This document shows, piece after piece, positions 1 through 8,865 of a stretch of DNA of 64,000 bases. The translations under genes and the position numbers were made by a program. Below the pieces are notes generated by a model, which was not told the DNA's origin, searched no databases, and worked only from the letters and a program-made list of their open reading frames with translations. The stretch spans positions 62,001 through 126,000 of IMG/VR virus record IMGVR_UViG_3300034284_002793, one strand, 5' to 3'. Source of the DNA: an uncultured virus (IMG/VR IMGVR_UViG_3300034284_002793) (taxonomy: Duplodnaviria; Heunggongvirae; Uroviricota; Caudoviricetes). The stretch's first letter is position 1. The number at the start of each line of letters is the position of its first letter.

Positions 1-101
1 TTAAGAAATCATTTCTAGTATGTTCAGCAAGTTTCTGCTTTAACTCCTCTTTATGCTTATTGTATTTTTGAATTTCTTTATTTTTACTTTTTGATCCCAT
101 A

Positions 102-1178
102 TTATTTTATACTTTCTAGTATTTGACTGGTAGTTTTTTCCCAAGTAAATTCTTCTTGGAGTTTTAGCCCATTTTCATTTACAGGATTAGATTTTACCTT
201 TTCGATTGCTGCATCACATGCGTCAATAAATTCACTTGATGAAAAATCAAAAATATTACCTTGATTAAATGGCTGACCCTCTCTAAAGAAAATATTATCA
301 TATGCTGGAATTTTACCATTTGGAGTTACGCAAACAGAATTTTCTTCGTTCATCCAATCTTTATATCCATGAGCTTTTAGCCCAACGCAATGCTTTCCAA
401 GAGCAACAGAAGTGAATTCTGGTAACCCCCATGTTTCACCACCAGACATAGCAATTATAATGTGATTTGCATTTAAAAATTTATTATAATCCGCGTTGTT
501 GGGCATCCATGGCAGAAAATTGATATTAAAATAACTTTTACCCTCTAATGCCTGAGATATCATTGCGCTTTGATCTTCTGGCTTCAAGAAATTATTAAAA
601 ATGGCACAATTTAAATAAACATCATGCCTATTTCCATATTTTTTTGCCCATGCATTTAAAATTTTGAGGTGATGCTTTCTTTTTTCTAGTTTTCCAGCCA
701 GACCAAAGCATATTCGATTGTCAGGATAGTTAATATTTTCAATTTTAAATGTATTTGAATCAAAACCAAGGGGTATGGCCTTACAATTAATATCAAAATT
801 AGAAAAAAGATTTGCGTAATGCTTTGATGGGACAAATACCATTTCTTGATTTTTCAAAATATTAAGCTCACGCGCAGTTGGGCTATCCAACTCATAAAAA
901 GTATAGAGATATTGTTTTTCTGAAACACTTTCTAGACTTCCGGTAATATGCCATAATTTTAGAACAGGATTCTTTTTAGAATGGGTTTCTTCTGATTTAA
1001 TAGAGTTTGAAACAATCCAATTCACAAAATCATTTTCTGATTCAAGCATCGAATGATCAGGTTGACCTATATGAAATATAGATGGGTTTATTTGCTTTTT
1101 AAAAATCTCTCTAGCAATATTATTTGAACATTGACCCAAGCTAGTCTGATTGAATGGAAAATTTATAGCGAATTTCAT
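102..1178 (-). CDS. Glycosyltransferase, GT-B fold (GT4-like)
   Basis: GKLEKRK and ETWGLPEFTSVALG (ExxGLP) motifs, and VFVPSKH/PLGFD segments typical of GT4. Confidence 0.85.
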   Translation of the reverse strand: MKFAINFPFNQTSLGQCSNNIAREIFKKQINPSIFHIGQPDHSMLESENDFVNWIVSNSIKSEETHSKKNPVLKLWHITGSLESVSEKQYLYTFYELDSPTARELNILKNQEMVFVPSKHYANLFSNFDINCKAIPLGFDSNTFKIENINYPDNRICFGLAGKLEKRKHHLKILNAWAKKYGNRHDVYLNCAIFNNFLKPEDQSAMISQALEGKSYFNINFLPWMPNNADYNKFLNANHIIIAMSGGETWGLPEFTSVALGKHCVGLKAHGYKDWMNEENSVCVTPNGKIPAYDNIFFREGQPFNQGNIFDFSSSEFIDACDAAIEKVKSNPVNENGLKLQEEFTWEKTTSQILESIK

Positions 1179-1220
1179 AAACGATAATATTTAAATGATT
1201 TGAAAAATCTAAAAAATAAA

Positions 1221-1241
1221 AGCCCAATTTTAGGTTGGGCT
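1221..1241 (-). terminator. Rho-independent terminator
   Basis: agcccaa/ttgggct stem followed by a T-run on the minus strand, downstream of the 1268-1558 gene. Confidence 0.7.
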
Positions 1242-1267
1242 CTTATTTGATTTATAGATAGTTAGAA

Positions 1268-1558
1268 TTAAAACGGAATATCGTCTTGATTATCTACCTC
1301 TTGAGAACTCTCTGACTGTTGTGGCTTTTTAGCCTTCGATTCAGGTTTAAGATCCTCCGATAGGTCGGAGAGTGTCAATCGGTAATCAGGCTGGTTTGGC
1401 TTTGTCTTATTATTTTTAAAAATAAAAGCAGTATATTCGCCAGAACCAATCTTTACCTTTCCCGAAAGGAATTGTTTTCCATTTTTTTCTTTTTTCCAGA
1501 AGGCACCAACATCTGTTAGATCTGATGCATTATTACTTTTTTGCTTTGTATCGCTCAT
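1268..1558 (-). CDS. DUF736-like putative ssDNA-binding protein
   Basis: GAFWKK...FLSGKV...FKN...QPDYRL pattern plus an acidic SSB-type C-terminal tail DDIPF. Confidence 0.65.
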   Translation of the reverse strand: MSDTKQKSNNASDLTDVGAFWKKEKNGKQFLSGKVKIGSGEYTAFIFKNNKTKPNQPDYRLTLSDLSEDLKPESKAKKPQQSESSQEVDNQDDIPF

Positions 1559-1563
1559 AGTTT

Positions 1564-2163
1564 TTATACTATATCTAGATTTGATGTAGATTTCAATTTA
1601 TTTTTCAAAAATGAAATAAATTTGTCATGCCAGTTTACAACTGTCTGTGTAGAAACCCCAAAATGATCAGCTATTTCTTTGAAGGTTTTTACTTTATTGC
1701 CTTCAGTAAAATATCTCATTTTTATTACTTCCTTTGCTGTTTCGTCTGATGACATGCTGATTATATTTTTAATATGTGATAGTATATCATTATCTTTTGC
1801 CTGATATGAGGCCTCTTCATTAGAGTACTGATCAGCCAAATATTTTAAAACATCGCTGTCCATTGTTGATTCTTTTTTGTACTGATTGCATGCATTGAGA
1901 CATGCATAAGTTACAATATTACCAAGCCAAGTTGAAAACTTCGCGCCAAATGATGGATCGAATGTTTTAGCTGCTTGATAAATAAGCGAATCTTTTTGCT
2001 CCTCAACGTCTTTTGCAATAGTTGAAGTGTTATTATGAAAATACTTGTTATATATTTTGTAACATATTCCAGAATGCCTATCAATAAGGATTGACAGTGC
2101 GTCCTGACTTGCTTGATTCCTTACCATGTCGGCCAGATCGTTATCTTGTAGTTTATTAATCAT
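1564..2163 (-). CDS. Phage RNA polymerase sigma-70 family factor
   Basis: Region 2 (AAKTFDPSFGAKFSTW) and region 4 HTH (KTFKEIADHFGVSTQTV); likely start MINKLQ at 2163 rather than 2211. Confidence 0.85.
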   Translation of the reverse strand: MINKLQDNDLADMVRNQASQDALSILIDRHSGICYKIYNKYFHNNTSTIAKDVEEQKDSLIYQAAKTFDPSFGAKFSTWLGNIVTYACLNACNQYKKESTMDSDVLKYLADQYSNEEASYQAKDNDILSHIKNIISMSSDETAKEVIKMRYFTEGNKVKTFKEIADHFGVSTQTVVNWHDKFISFLKNKLKSTSNLDIV

Positions 2164-2288
2164 AATGAATTTTATAAAAACGCCTAGCGTTTTTGCGGCC
2201 TTTGGCCGCATTTATTTTTTTGTTCTAACATAAATTAATATTTAACATGTTTTGTTTGAAAAAGCAATATATTTTTTTATTATCTGTC

Positions 2289-2669
2289 ATGGATATCTAC
2301 TCAATACTCCTTATTTCAATAACAATATCAATGATTCTTTACTATGTGTATGAGACGAATGTTTTGTGGGAATATTTAAATAAAATTTCTGATTTATTAA
2401 ATTTTAATGGATCTAATAAGATTTTTTGCGGCATACTTTTGGTTAAGGCATATCCTAGCAGTGAAGAGCCAAACTATTTACAGTTTATTAATAAAATATA
2501 TAATACTTTTACAACAAGACTACTATCGTGCCCAATATGTTTAGGATTTTGGATATGTCTAATCGCTGGTGTATTATCTGATATTATTTTAGTGCCAACC
2601 TTTGCTTTTATTTCTCTAACAATGTATTACTTTATAAAAATTTTGACAAAACTATCTGCAAAAATATAA
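2289..2669 (+). CDS. Membrane protein with LLSCPICLGFW motif (DUF1360-like)
   Basis: Hydrophobic segments and CPxCxGFW motif; start MDIYS at 2289 preferred. Confidence 0.55.
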   Translation: MDIYSILLISITISMILYYVYETNVLWEYLNKISDLLNFNGSNKIFCGILLVKAYPSSEEPNYLQFINKIYNTFTTRLLSCPICLGFWICLIAGVLSDIILVPTFAFISLTMYYFIKILTKLSAKI

Positions 2670-2675
2670 TCCCTT

Positions 2676-3167
2676 ATGAAAAGCATATCGTACTATAAAC
2701 CAAATAGTCAAAACAAAGGTTCTGCTGCTCAATTTCAATTTGGAGCCAAAGAAAATGACTATGGCCTTTACCTTGGCATTGTTAAGCAATTCGGGTGGAA
2801 TAGCCAATCGAAGCGCGGATCATTTTCTGAAAACTCAAAAAATCCACTAAAAAATAAAAAAATCAAGTTCAACAATACAGAGGCATCTGCAATGTGTAGG
2901 GTGATAGAATCATCTTCTGAAAAATGGTCAACGGTGCATAAAAGTGAAACTAAAACCACCTCAATATCATTCTCTCACTATATCAAGGATGGCATAAAGT
3001 TGGGGTATGGCCTTTCTATAAGCGAAAAGGATGGAGAGGCATTCATGATTGGATTCAATAATGATGAAGGTTATTTACTTAAAGAATTTTTAAAATCATA
3101 TATTTTATTTACTTTCGATAAAAATAATGTTAATGATAGTGAAAATAAAAAACAATCAAATTTTTAA
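2676..3167 (+). CDS. Hypothetical protein, possibly Whirly/PC4-like nucleic-acid binding
   Basis: Tightly packed ORF with a duplicated beta-strands-plus-helix pattern; function is a guess. Confidence 0.4.
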   Translation: MKSISYYKPNSQNKGSAAQFQFGAKENDYGLYLGIVKQFGWNSQSKRGSFSENSKNPLKNKKIKFNNTEASAMCRVIESSSEKWSTVHKSETKTTSISFSHYIKDGIKLGYGLSISEKDGEAFMIGFNNDEGYLLKEFLKSYILFTFDKNNVNDSENKKQSNF

Positions 3168-5120
3168 ATGAGAAAAAAGCGAGTACTTTTCCTTACAGAC
3201 TATGCAGGTGTAAATACTGGATTTGGTAAAAATATAAAATTACTTTTAACGTATTTATATAAAACAAAAAAATACGAATTATTTCATGCAGCTTGCGGTG
3301 TTGGTAGGGATAATCCAGAATTTCAAAAATTTCCTTGGAAAACTATAGGGGTAATACCAAATGATCAGTCTTTTATTAGCAGAATGCAACAAGATCAGCA
3401 TTTTGCCAGAATGGCCAGCTATGGAGAGCCAGAAATAGCTAAAATTGTAGAAGAAACAAAACCAGATGTTATTTTTGCTATACAAGACAGCTGGGGCGCA
3501 TTATTCGTAGCAGATAAGCCATTTTTTAAAAAAATTCCGACAGTTTGCTGGATTACATTTGATAGCCTTCCTCTTCTTCCAGACACCGTTGAAAAAGCCA
3601 GCAAGATAGCCAACTATTGGACATGGTCAGATTTTGCAGAAAATGAATTTCATAAACTTGGATTTGATCACGTAAAAACTCAATATCCATTAACTAATAC
3701 GGATAACTTTTATCCGCTTTCAGAAAATGAAGTGCTTACTATAAAGCAGCAGCATGGTATTGAGAAAGATTGTAAAATATTTGGTTTTGTATTCAGAAAT
3801 CAATTGAGAAAACTAGTTGGTACATTAATATCTGGATATTCAGAATTTTTAAAGCAAAATCCAGAGATGTCTAAAAAAACAAAGCTTTTGCTGCATACGC
3901 ATTTTGCAGAAGGGTGGGATATTATGAGATTTGCAAAGCAATATGGGGTTCCTGAAGAAAATATTTTATGCACCTATATTTGCAAAGAAACTTATAAATA
4001 CTTCATTCTCCCATACGCTGGGCAAGATATAGAAAATCCAACAACCAAAAGAAAAACATTAATAACCACAAATGTCAGTATTGGCGTAACTGATTCGCAA
4101 TTAAACGAAATATATAATATAATGGATGCCTACCTGCATCCTGCAACATCTGGCGCATGCGAAATACCAATTGTTGAGGCTGCATTAGCTGAAAAAATAG
4201 TATCTACATGCGACTATTCATTTGGCTGGAATGTTGTAAATCATAATAAGGGGTGTATTCCTATGGATTATTCACTTTACAATGAACCTCCAATGGGATC
4301 AAGTACTCAGTTTTTAAAATCTCAACCTTATCCATCATCCATATCAAAAATAATGAAAAAAATTTGCGAAATGAAGAAAGATCGCAAAAAAGAAATGGAA
4401 AGACATTCTAGAGAATGGGCATTAAAAAATTATTCAGTTTCTGTAAATGGTGAAAAAATAGAAAATTTTATAGATTCGCAAAAATTTATCGAAGATGAGC
4501 AGGCATGGGTAGACAAAGAAGTTAAAAATATCAATCCAAAAGCACAAATTCAAAATATTGATGATGACTTGCAGTGGGTATTGCAGCTTTATAGTAAAAT
4601 ATTAGACACTAATCCTGACCTCAACGATGATGGTGTTAGACATTGGATGATGCAAATTGAAAGAGGAATGCCAAGACAAAATATTGAATTATATTTTAGA
4701 GATGTTGCTAATAAAGAATTGCAAAAAGAAAATCCACAAACATTGGATGTTTTATTTGACAGTAGCGATAAGTTGAATAAATTAAAAAGACTATTAATTG
4801 TACAGCCACAAAGTGCTGGAGATATTTTTATAGTAACATCATTACTTGAATCAATCAGGTCAAAATTTACTAAAGACAAATGGAAGATATATTTTGCATG
4901 CGAGCCTAAATTTTTTGAAATCTTAGCTGGTAATGAAAACATAGATAAAATTATCCCATACAATCAAATTATGGATAATCAAATAATTATGGAAGGTCAT
5001 GGAGATCACAATGGTTATGTTGATATTTGCTTAAATCCATACTTTTCAACACAGAAGTTATTAAATTATACTCATAACAGTTATAGCATTTCTCAATTCG
5101 ATCACGAGTTTAAAAAATAA
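3168..5120 (+). CDS. Multidomain glycosyltransferase: GT4 + DUF4214-like helical domain + N-lobe of GT9
   Basis: NTGFG, RNQLRK and GACEIPIVEA (GT4); LYSKILDTNPD..G..HW (DUF4214-like); QSAGDIFIVTSLL (GT9 N-lobe). Confidence 0.85.
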   Translation: MRKKRVLFLTDYAGVNTGFGKNIKLLLTYLYKTKKYELFHAACGVGRDNPEFQKFPWKTIGVIPNDQSFISRMQQDQHFARMASYGEPEIAKIVEETKPDVIFAIQDSWGALFVADKPFFKKIPTVCWITFDSLPLLPDTVEKASKIANYWTWSDFAENEFHKLGFDHVKTQYPLTNTDNFYPLSENEVLTIKQQHGIEKDCKIFGFVFRNQLRKLVGTLISGYSEFLKQNPEMSKKTKLLLHTHFAEGWDIMRFAKQYGVPEENILCTYICKETYKYFILPYAGQDIENPTTKRKTLITTNVSIGVTDSQLNEIYNIMDAYLHPATSGACEIPIVEAALAEKIVSTCDYSFGWNVVNHNKGCIPMDYSLYNEPPMGSSTQFLKSQPYPSSISKIMKKICEMKKDRKKEMERHSREWALKNYSVSVNGEKIENFIDSQKFIEDEQAWVDKEVKNINPKAQIQNIDDDLQWVLQLYSKILDTNPDLNDDGVRHWMMQIERGMPRQNIELYFRDVANKELQKENPQTLDVLFDSSDKLNKLKRLLIVQPQSAGDIFIVTSLLESIRSKFTKDKWKIYFACEPKFFEILAGNENIDKIIPYNQIMDNQIIMEGHGDHNGYVDICLNPYFSTQKLLNYTHNSYSISQFDHEFKK

Positions 5121-5121
5121 T

Positions 5122-6345
5122 ATGTCACATCTATTAGAAACTTACAGCTTGCAAACTGGAGCAAAGGCATCAAAGCCTTTTATAATTAAAAACTTTTTCC
5201 CAGTACCAAAAAAGTACATAACCATTCACAATTCTAGCGGAATGGGCGCAAAAAATTATGATCATTTTCAAGATGTAATTGATGAGATTTTAGTGAAGTT
5301 AAAAGACAATGGTATTGAAATTGTACAAATTGGTGGAGCAGAAGATCTAGCCCTCAATGGATGCGTTCATTTACATGGCAGAACAAATTATCACCAAACC
5401 GCATATATCATTCAAAATTCACTCCTTCATATTGGAAATGACAGTTTTCCCGTCCATATCGCATCTGCGGCGGACAGGCCCATTATAGCTCTATATAGTA
5501 TAACCACGCCAAGTATTGCTGGCCCATGCTTTAATTCAAAAGAAATAAATGACTATAAAGTTTTTTGCTTTTCTCCAGACTATAAAGGCAAAAAGCCATC
5601 CTTTAATCCCAACGAAAGTCCAAAAACAATAAATACAATAAATTTTGAAAATATTATTGAAGCAATTGAAAAGATATTAAATATCGATACTGGATATAAT
5701 ATAAAAACTATATTCAAAGGGGACAAATATCTTGCAAGAGTTATAGAATTTATTCCAGATACATTGCTTAGACCAGACTTTGCTGGCGGTAGTTTGATAA
5801 ACATGAGAGTTGATCTGTGTAACGGCGATATTGATGAAAATTTAATATTTGCAAATTTAAAAAGTAGGAAGTTTAACATATTTTTAAAAAATTCTAAAAA
5901 AATTAAAAATTTGCATATATTGCCTATGTTAAAAGAAAATATTGCTAATATATTCATTGATGTTACTGATGAGGTGGTAGATATTGAATACATATCATCA
6001 TTAGTAAATTATGGAATAAAACCAACAATATTATATACTGGAGAAGATGAAGATTATTTTAACGAAATTAAAATAAATTTAATAAATTTTAATTTGAATT
6101 TTATAAAATACTCTCCACAAAAAATAAAAATAGAGGATATTGTAAAAAATAACAATATTGATAATATTATATTCAAAACAAATCGCCTCATTTTAAGTTC
6201 TGGAAAATTATACCTTTCCATAGCATCTTACTTAAATGGTCAAAGCTCAAACAGTAATTTTGAAAAATTAAACGAAATTAAAAACTACAAAGATCTTGAC
6301 AAAGAATTAGAATTCTGTTATCTTTATATCAAAGAAGATAAATAA
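5122..6345 (+). CDS. GT9 (heptosyltransferase-like) C-lobe plus unknown C-terminal domain
   Basis: IVQIGG, GRTNYHQTAYII and IGNDSFPVHIASA are GT9 donor-binding lobe signatures. Confidence 0.8.
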   Translation: MSHLLETYSLQTGAKASKPFIIKNFFPVPKKYITIHNSSGMGAKNYDHFQDVIDEILVKLKDNGIEIVQIGGAEDLALNGCVHLHGRTNYHQTAYIIQNSLLHIGNDSFPVHIASAADRPIIALYSITTPSIAGPCFNSKEINDYKVFCFSPDYKGKKPSFNPNESPKTINTINFENIIEAIEKILNIDTGYNIKTIFKGDKYLARVIEFIPDTLLRPDFAGGSLINMRVDLCNGDIDENLIFANLKSRKFNIFLKNSKKIKNLHILPMLKENIANIFIDVTDEVVDIEYISSLVNYGIKPTILYTGEDEDYFNEIKINLINFNLNFIKYSPQKIKIEDIVKNNNIDNIIFKTNRLILSSGKLYLSIASYLNGQSSNSNFEKLNEIKNYKDLDKELEFCYLYIKEDK

Positions 6346-6347
6346 TT

Positions 6348-7124
6348 ATGCCTAAAACATCTCAAAAAACAGAAACAGTCGTAGTCAATTCAGATAGCAA
6401 TCCTACTGTAGATAGTGATTCGAAAATTTTTTCTAGAAATGAAAGTGGTCTTTTAAATAATACCAAATATAAATACAGCGACGATGGAACAATTAACTGG
6501 AAATCCATGGTTAAACCAGAATTCTTAGTCCCAAACAAGGATAAATTTACAGCAACAACAGATTTTAATTCTATTGACGTAACCCAGCTCGACGACAGTC
6601 AGCTTTTAATCCTTCTTGGCGGCATTAAAGATGTTGCTTGCATAAGGGGATTCTCTTCCGTTGATTATGATGTTATTACTGCCAGACAGGACTATGTTGC
6701 AGTTAAATGTAATATATCTTGGATTGCTAATTATGAAACTGGAATGATACCTGTAAAATTTTCAGCCTTAGCTGACGCCCATTTCGAGAATACGAGTGGT
6801 TTTGGTAATAAGTTTTTAATGGCAATTGCAGAAAATAGAGCGTTTATTCGCGCAGTTCGTAATTTTCTTAGAATTAATATTGTTGGCCAAGACGAAATCG
6901 ATCCAAAAAAGAAAAATGAAATTATTGAAGAATCCCAACCAACAAATCCAGCTAGTGTTTTAAACAAAGTTATGTCTGAGGTGGGCTTGAGTTTTGAAAC
7001 AATAAAGGCAAAGCTTGTAACTGAAAATGATCAAGATGCGGCTGAATGGAATGCAATTTCAGATATTCCCAAAAAACGAATATTTGAAATTATAGAGAGA
7101 ATTAAAAGAAAAAATAAAAACTGA
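6348..7124 (+). CDS. Putative single-strand annealing protein (Rad52/Sak-like)
   Basis: VAVKCNI...ALADA...MAIAENRAFIRAVRNFL resembles the annealase core helix motif. Confidence 0.5.
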   Translation: MPKTSQKTETVVVNSDSNPTVDSDSKIFSRNESGLLNNTKYKYSDDGTINWKSMVKPEFLVPNKDKFTATTDFNSIDVTQLDDSQLLILLGGIKDVACIRGFSSVDYDVITARQDYVAVKCNISWIANYETGMIPVKFSALADAHFENTSGFGNKFLMAIAENRAFIRAVRNFLRINIVGQDEIDPKKKNEIIEESQPTNPASVLNKVMSEVGLSFETIKAKLVTENDQDAAEWNAISDIPKKRIFEIIERIKRKNKN

Positions 7125-7128
7125 CAAG

Positions 7129-7692
7129 TTATTCGCCTTCACTTGGCAAATCTGGCGGCTTCGAAAACGGTGAAGGCAAGAACATAAAGCCATCACATGA
7201 TTGAAAAAGTATTAAATCATTTGTTACGTGTCTTTGAATTTTAAATAAAGTATCATTAAATTCAAAAATAGAGCCGTCACCATCAAAGCTAGCAAGCGGA
7301 TAGATACTCAGTATAGGGATCCTTAATGCAACTTGCCCAGACAATGTTTTTGATTGTTCGTCACTATATTCTTGCATAGATGGATAATTTTCCCACCATT
7401 GATTGTTATAATTAAAATTTGCAGCAAATGGATTTCCATTATTAAAAAAAACTTCCAACCAAACCTTCCATAACGAATCGCTTGTAACTGGGATAGCAAC
7501 ATCCTTATTGGATATATTTAGAGTACTATCTGCTGACAAACCAATAAAAATATTAGAATTTGTATTGATATTGACAGTATTTAATGTTGAAGAGCATATT
7601 GGCGCAAATGGTCCAATTTCAGCCCTTTCTGGATATTTTGTGCTGATCCCTGGCGAACCAAATGGCTCATTTTTTAATATAAAGTTGCTCAT
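7129..7692 (-). CDS. Hypothetical protein, last gene of the tail operon
   Basis: ORF packed directly after the tail-tip genes. Confidence 0.6.
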   Translation of the reverse strand: MSNFILKNEPFGSPGISTKYPERAEIGPFAPICSSTLNTVNINTNSNIFIGLSADSTLNISNKDVAIPVTSDSLWKVWLEVFFNNGNPFAANFNYNNQWWENYPSMQEYSDEQSKTLSGQVALRIPILSIYPLASFDGDGSIFEFNDTLFKIQRHVTNDLILFQSCDGFMFLPSPFSKPPDLPSEGE

Positions 7693-7698
7693 AATTAA

Positions 7699-8865
7699 TT
7701 ATACAACATAGGAGTAATATTCCCTAAAAATATTTATATTAGAACCCAAGATCCCTGTTTTATAAAAATTATTACCAGAAATAGAATAGAATGCTGAACC
7801 AGTAAAGCCTATATTTTGATTTGGTTGTTCTATCTGCTTGTATACTTCGATTTTTTTATTCTGCTCAAATATATTTGGGCTAACATTCATTTTTCCACTA
7901 TACAATTCGCCTGTTAGCAAAGCATTTTGCCCATCAATTATAAGAGACCAAGATCCGGTAAATGTATCTTGATAGCCATTTTGATTAATATTATTACCTT
8001 CATATCCACTAATAAAAATATACGCTTCTGATGTTTCTTTATCAGTATTTTTGAAAGTAAGATCAAATATAAAAGATGATCTCAATAATGAATTAGCTTC
8101 TGATATGGAAGTTGACGGATTAATACTCAATAATAAATCTTGTGTTGGAGATTTTTTATACCTAGATATAAACAAATTTCTTCCTATAATTCCAGCATTT
8201 GTATGTAAAATTAATGGTATATAAGTATCAACAAATGGAAGTCTATCTTGTATTTGTTCGATATTAAAATTAAAAATTTGATTTTTATCTATTTTAATTC
8301 CAGTTTTCCAATCATTTACTCCAGATATTTGAAAATAAAGTGATTGAATATTATTATTAAAATTACTATTTCTGCCTATTTCTCCAGAATATAAAATGAA
8401 TGGGCCATTGTTATTTTTATTTCCAGATATTGTAACTTGCACATTTTCAGTGGAAAAGCCTGAATTTTCATATATAAAATCTATAATAGGTAATTCCCCA
8501 TAAAAAAAGGTTTTAGGAAAAAAATCTTTACTATCCCAACTATATCCTGTTGTCCAATTAAATGAGAACCCACTGGCTTTTCCAAAATTTCCAGTTTTTG
8601 AATAAATGTATTGATCGTTTAAAAATATATTAAAATAATTTTCAGAATAATTTCCTGAAATATTTACAATACTTTGCGGCTGAAAAGAATAAATAAAATT
8701 ATTTTCATCAAAAATTTTTCCACTAACAAAATTTATATTTAAATTTTGATTTGTATTGGTGACAATTTCAAAATTGCCACTCCAATCATTTTGTTCATTA
8801 TTCCAAAAAAAATTAAATATACAATTTTTTTGCGGATATATATAGTTTGTAAATCCAGTAATCAT
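7699..8865 (-). CDS. Putative tail-tip structural protein
   Basis: Beta-rich, Asn/SG/TG-rich; overlaps the upstream gene by 4 nt. Confidence 0.55.
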   Translation of the reverse strand: MITGFTNYIYPQKNCIFNFFWNNEQNDWSGNFEIVTNTNQNLNINFVSGKIFDENNFIYSFQPQSIVNISGNYSENYFNIFLNDQYIYSKTGNFGKASGFSFNWTTGYSWDSKDFFPKTFFYGELPIIDFIYENSGFSTENVQVTISGNKNNNGPFILYSGEIGRNSNFNNNIQSLYFQISGVNDWKTGIKIDKNQIFNFNIEQIQDRLPFVDTYIPLILHTNAGIIGRNLFISRYKKSPTQDLLLSINPSTSISEANSLLRSSFIFDLTFKNTDKETSEAYIFISGYEGNNINQNGYQDTFTGSWSLIIDGQNALLTGELYSGKMNVSPNIFEQNKKIEVYKQIEQPNQNIGFTGSAFYSISGNNFYKTGILGSNINIFREYYSYVV

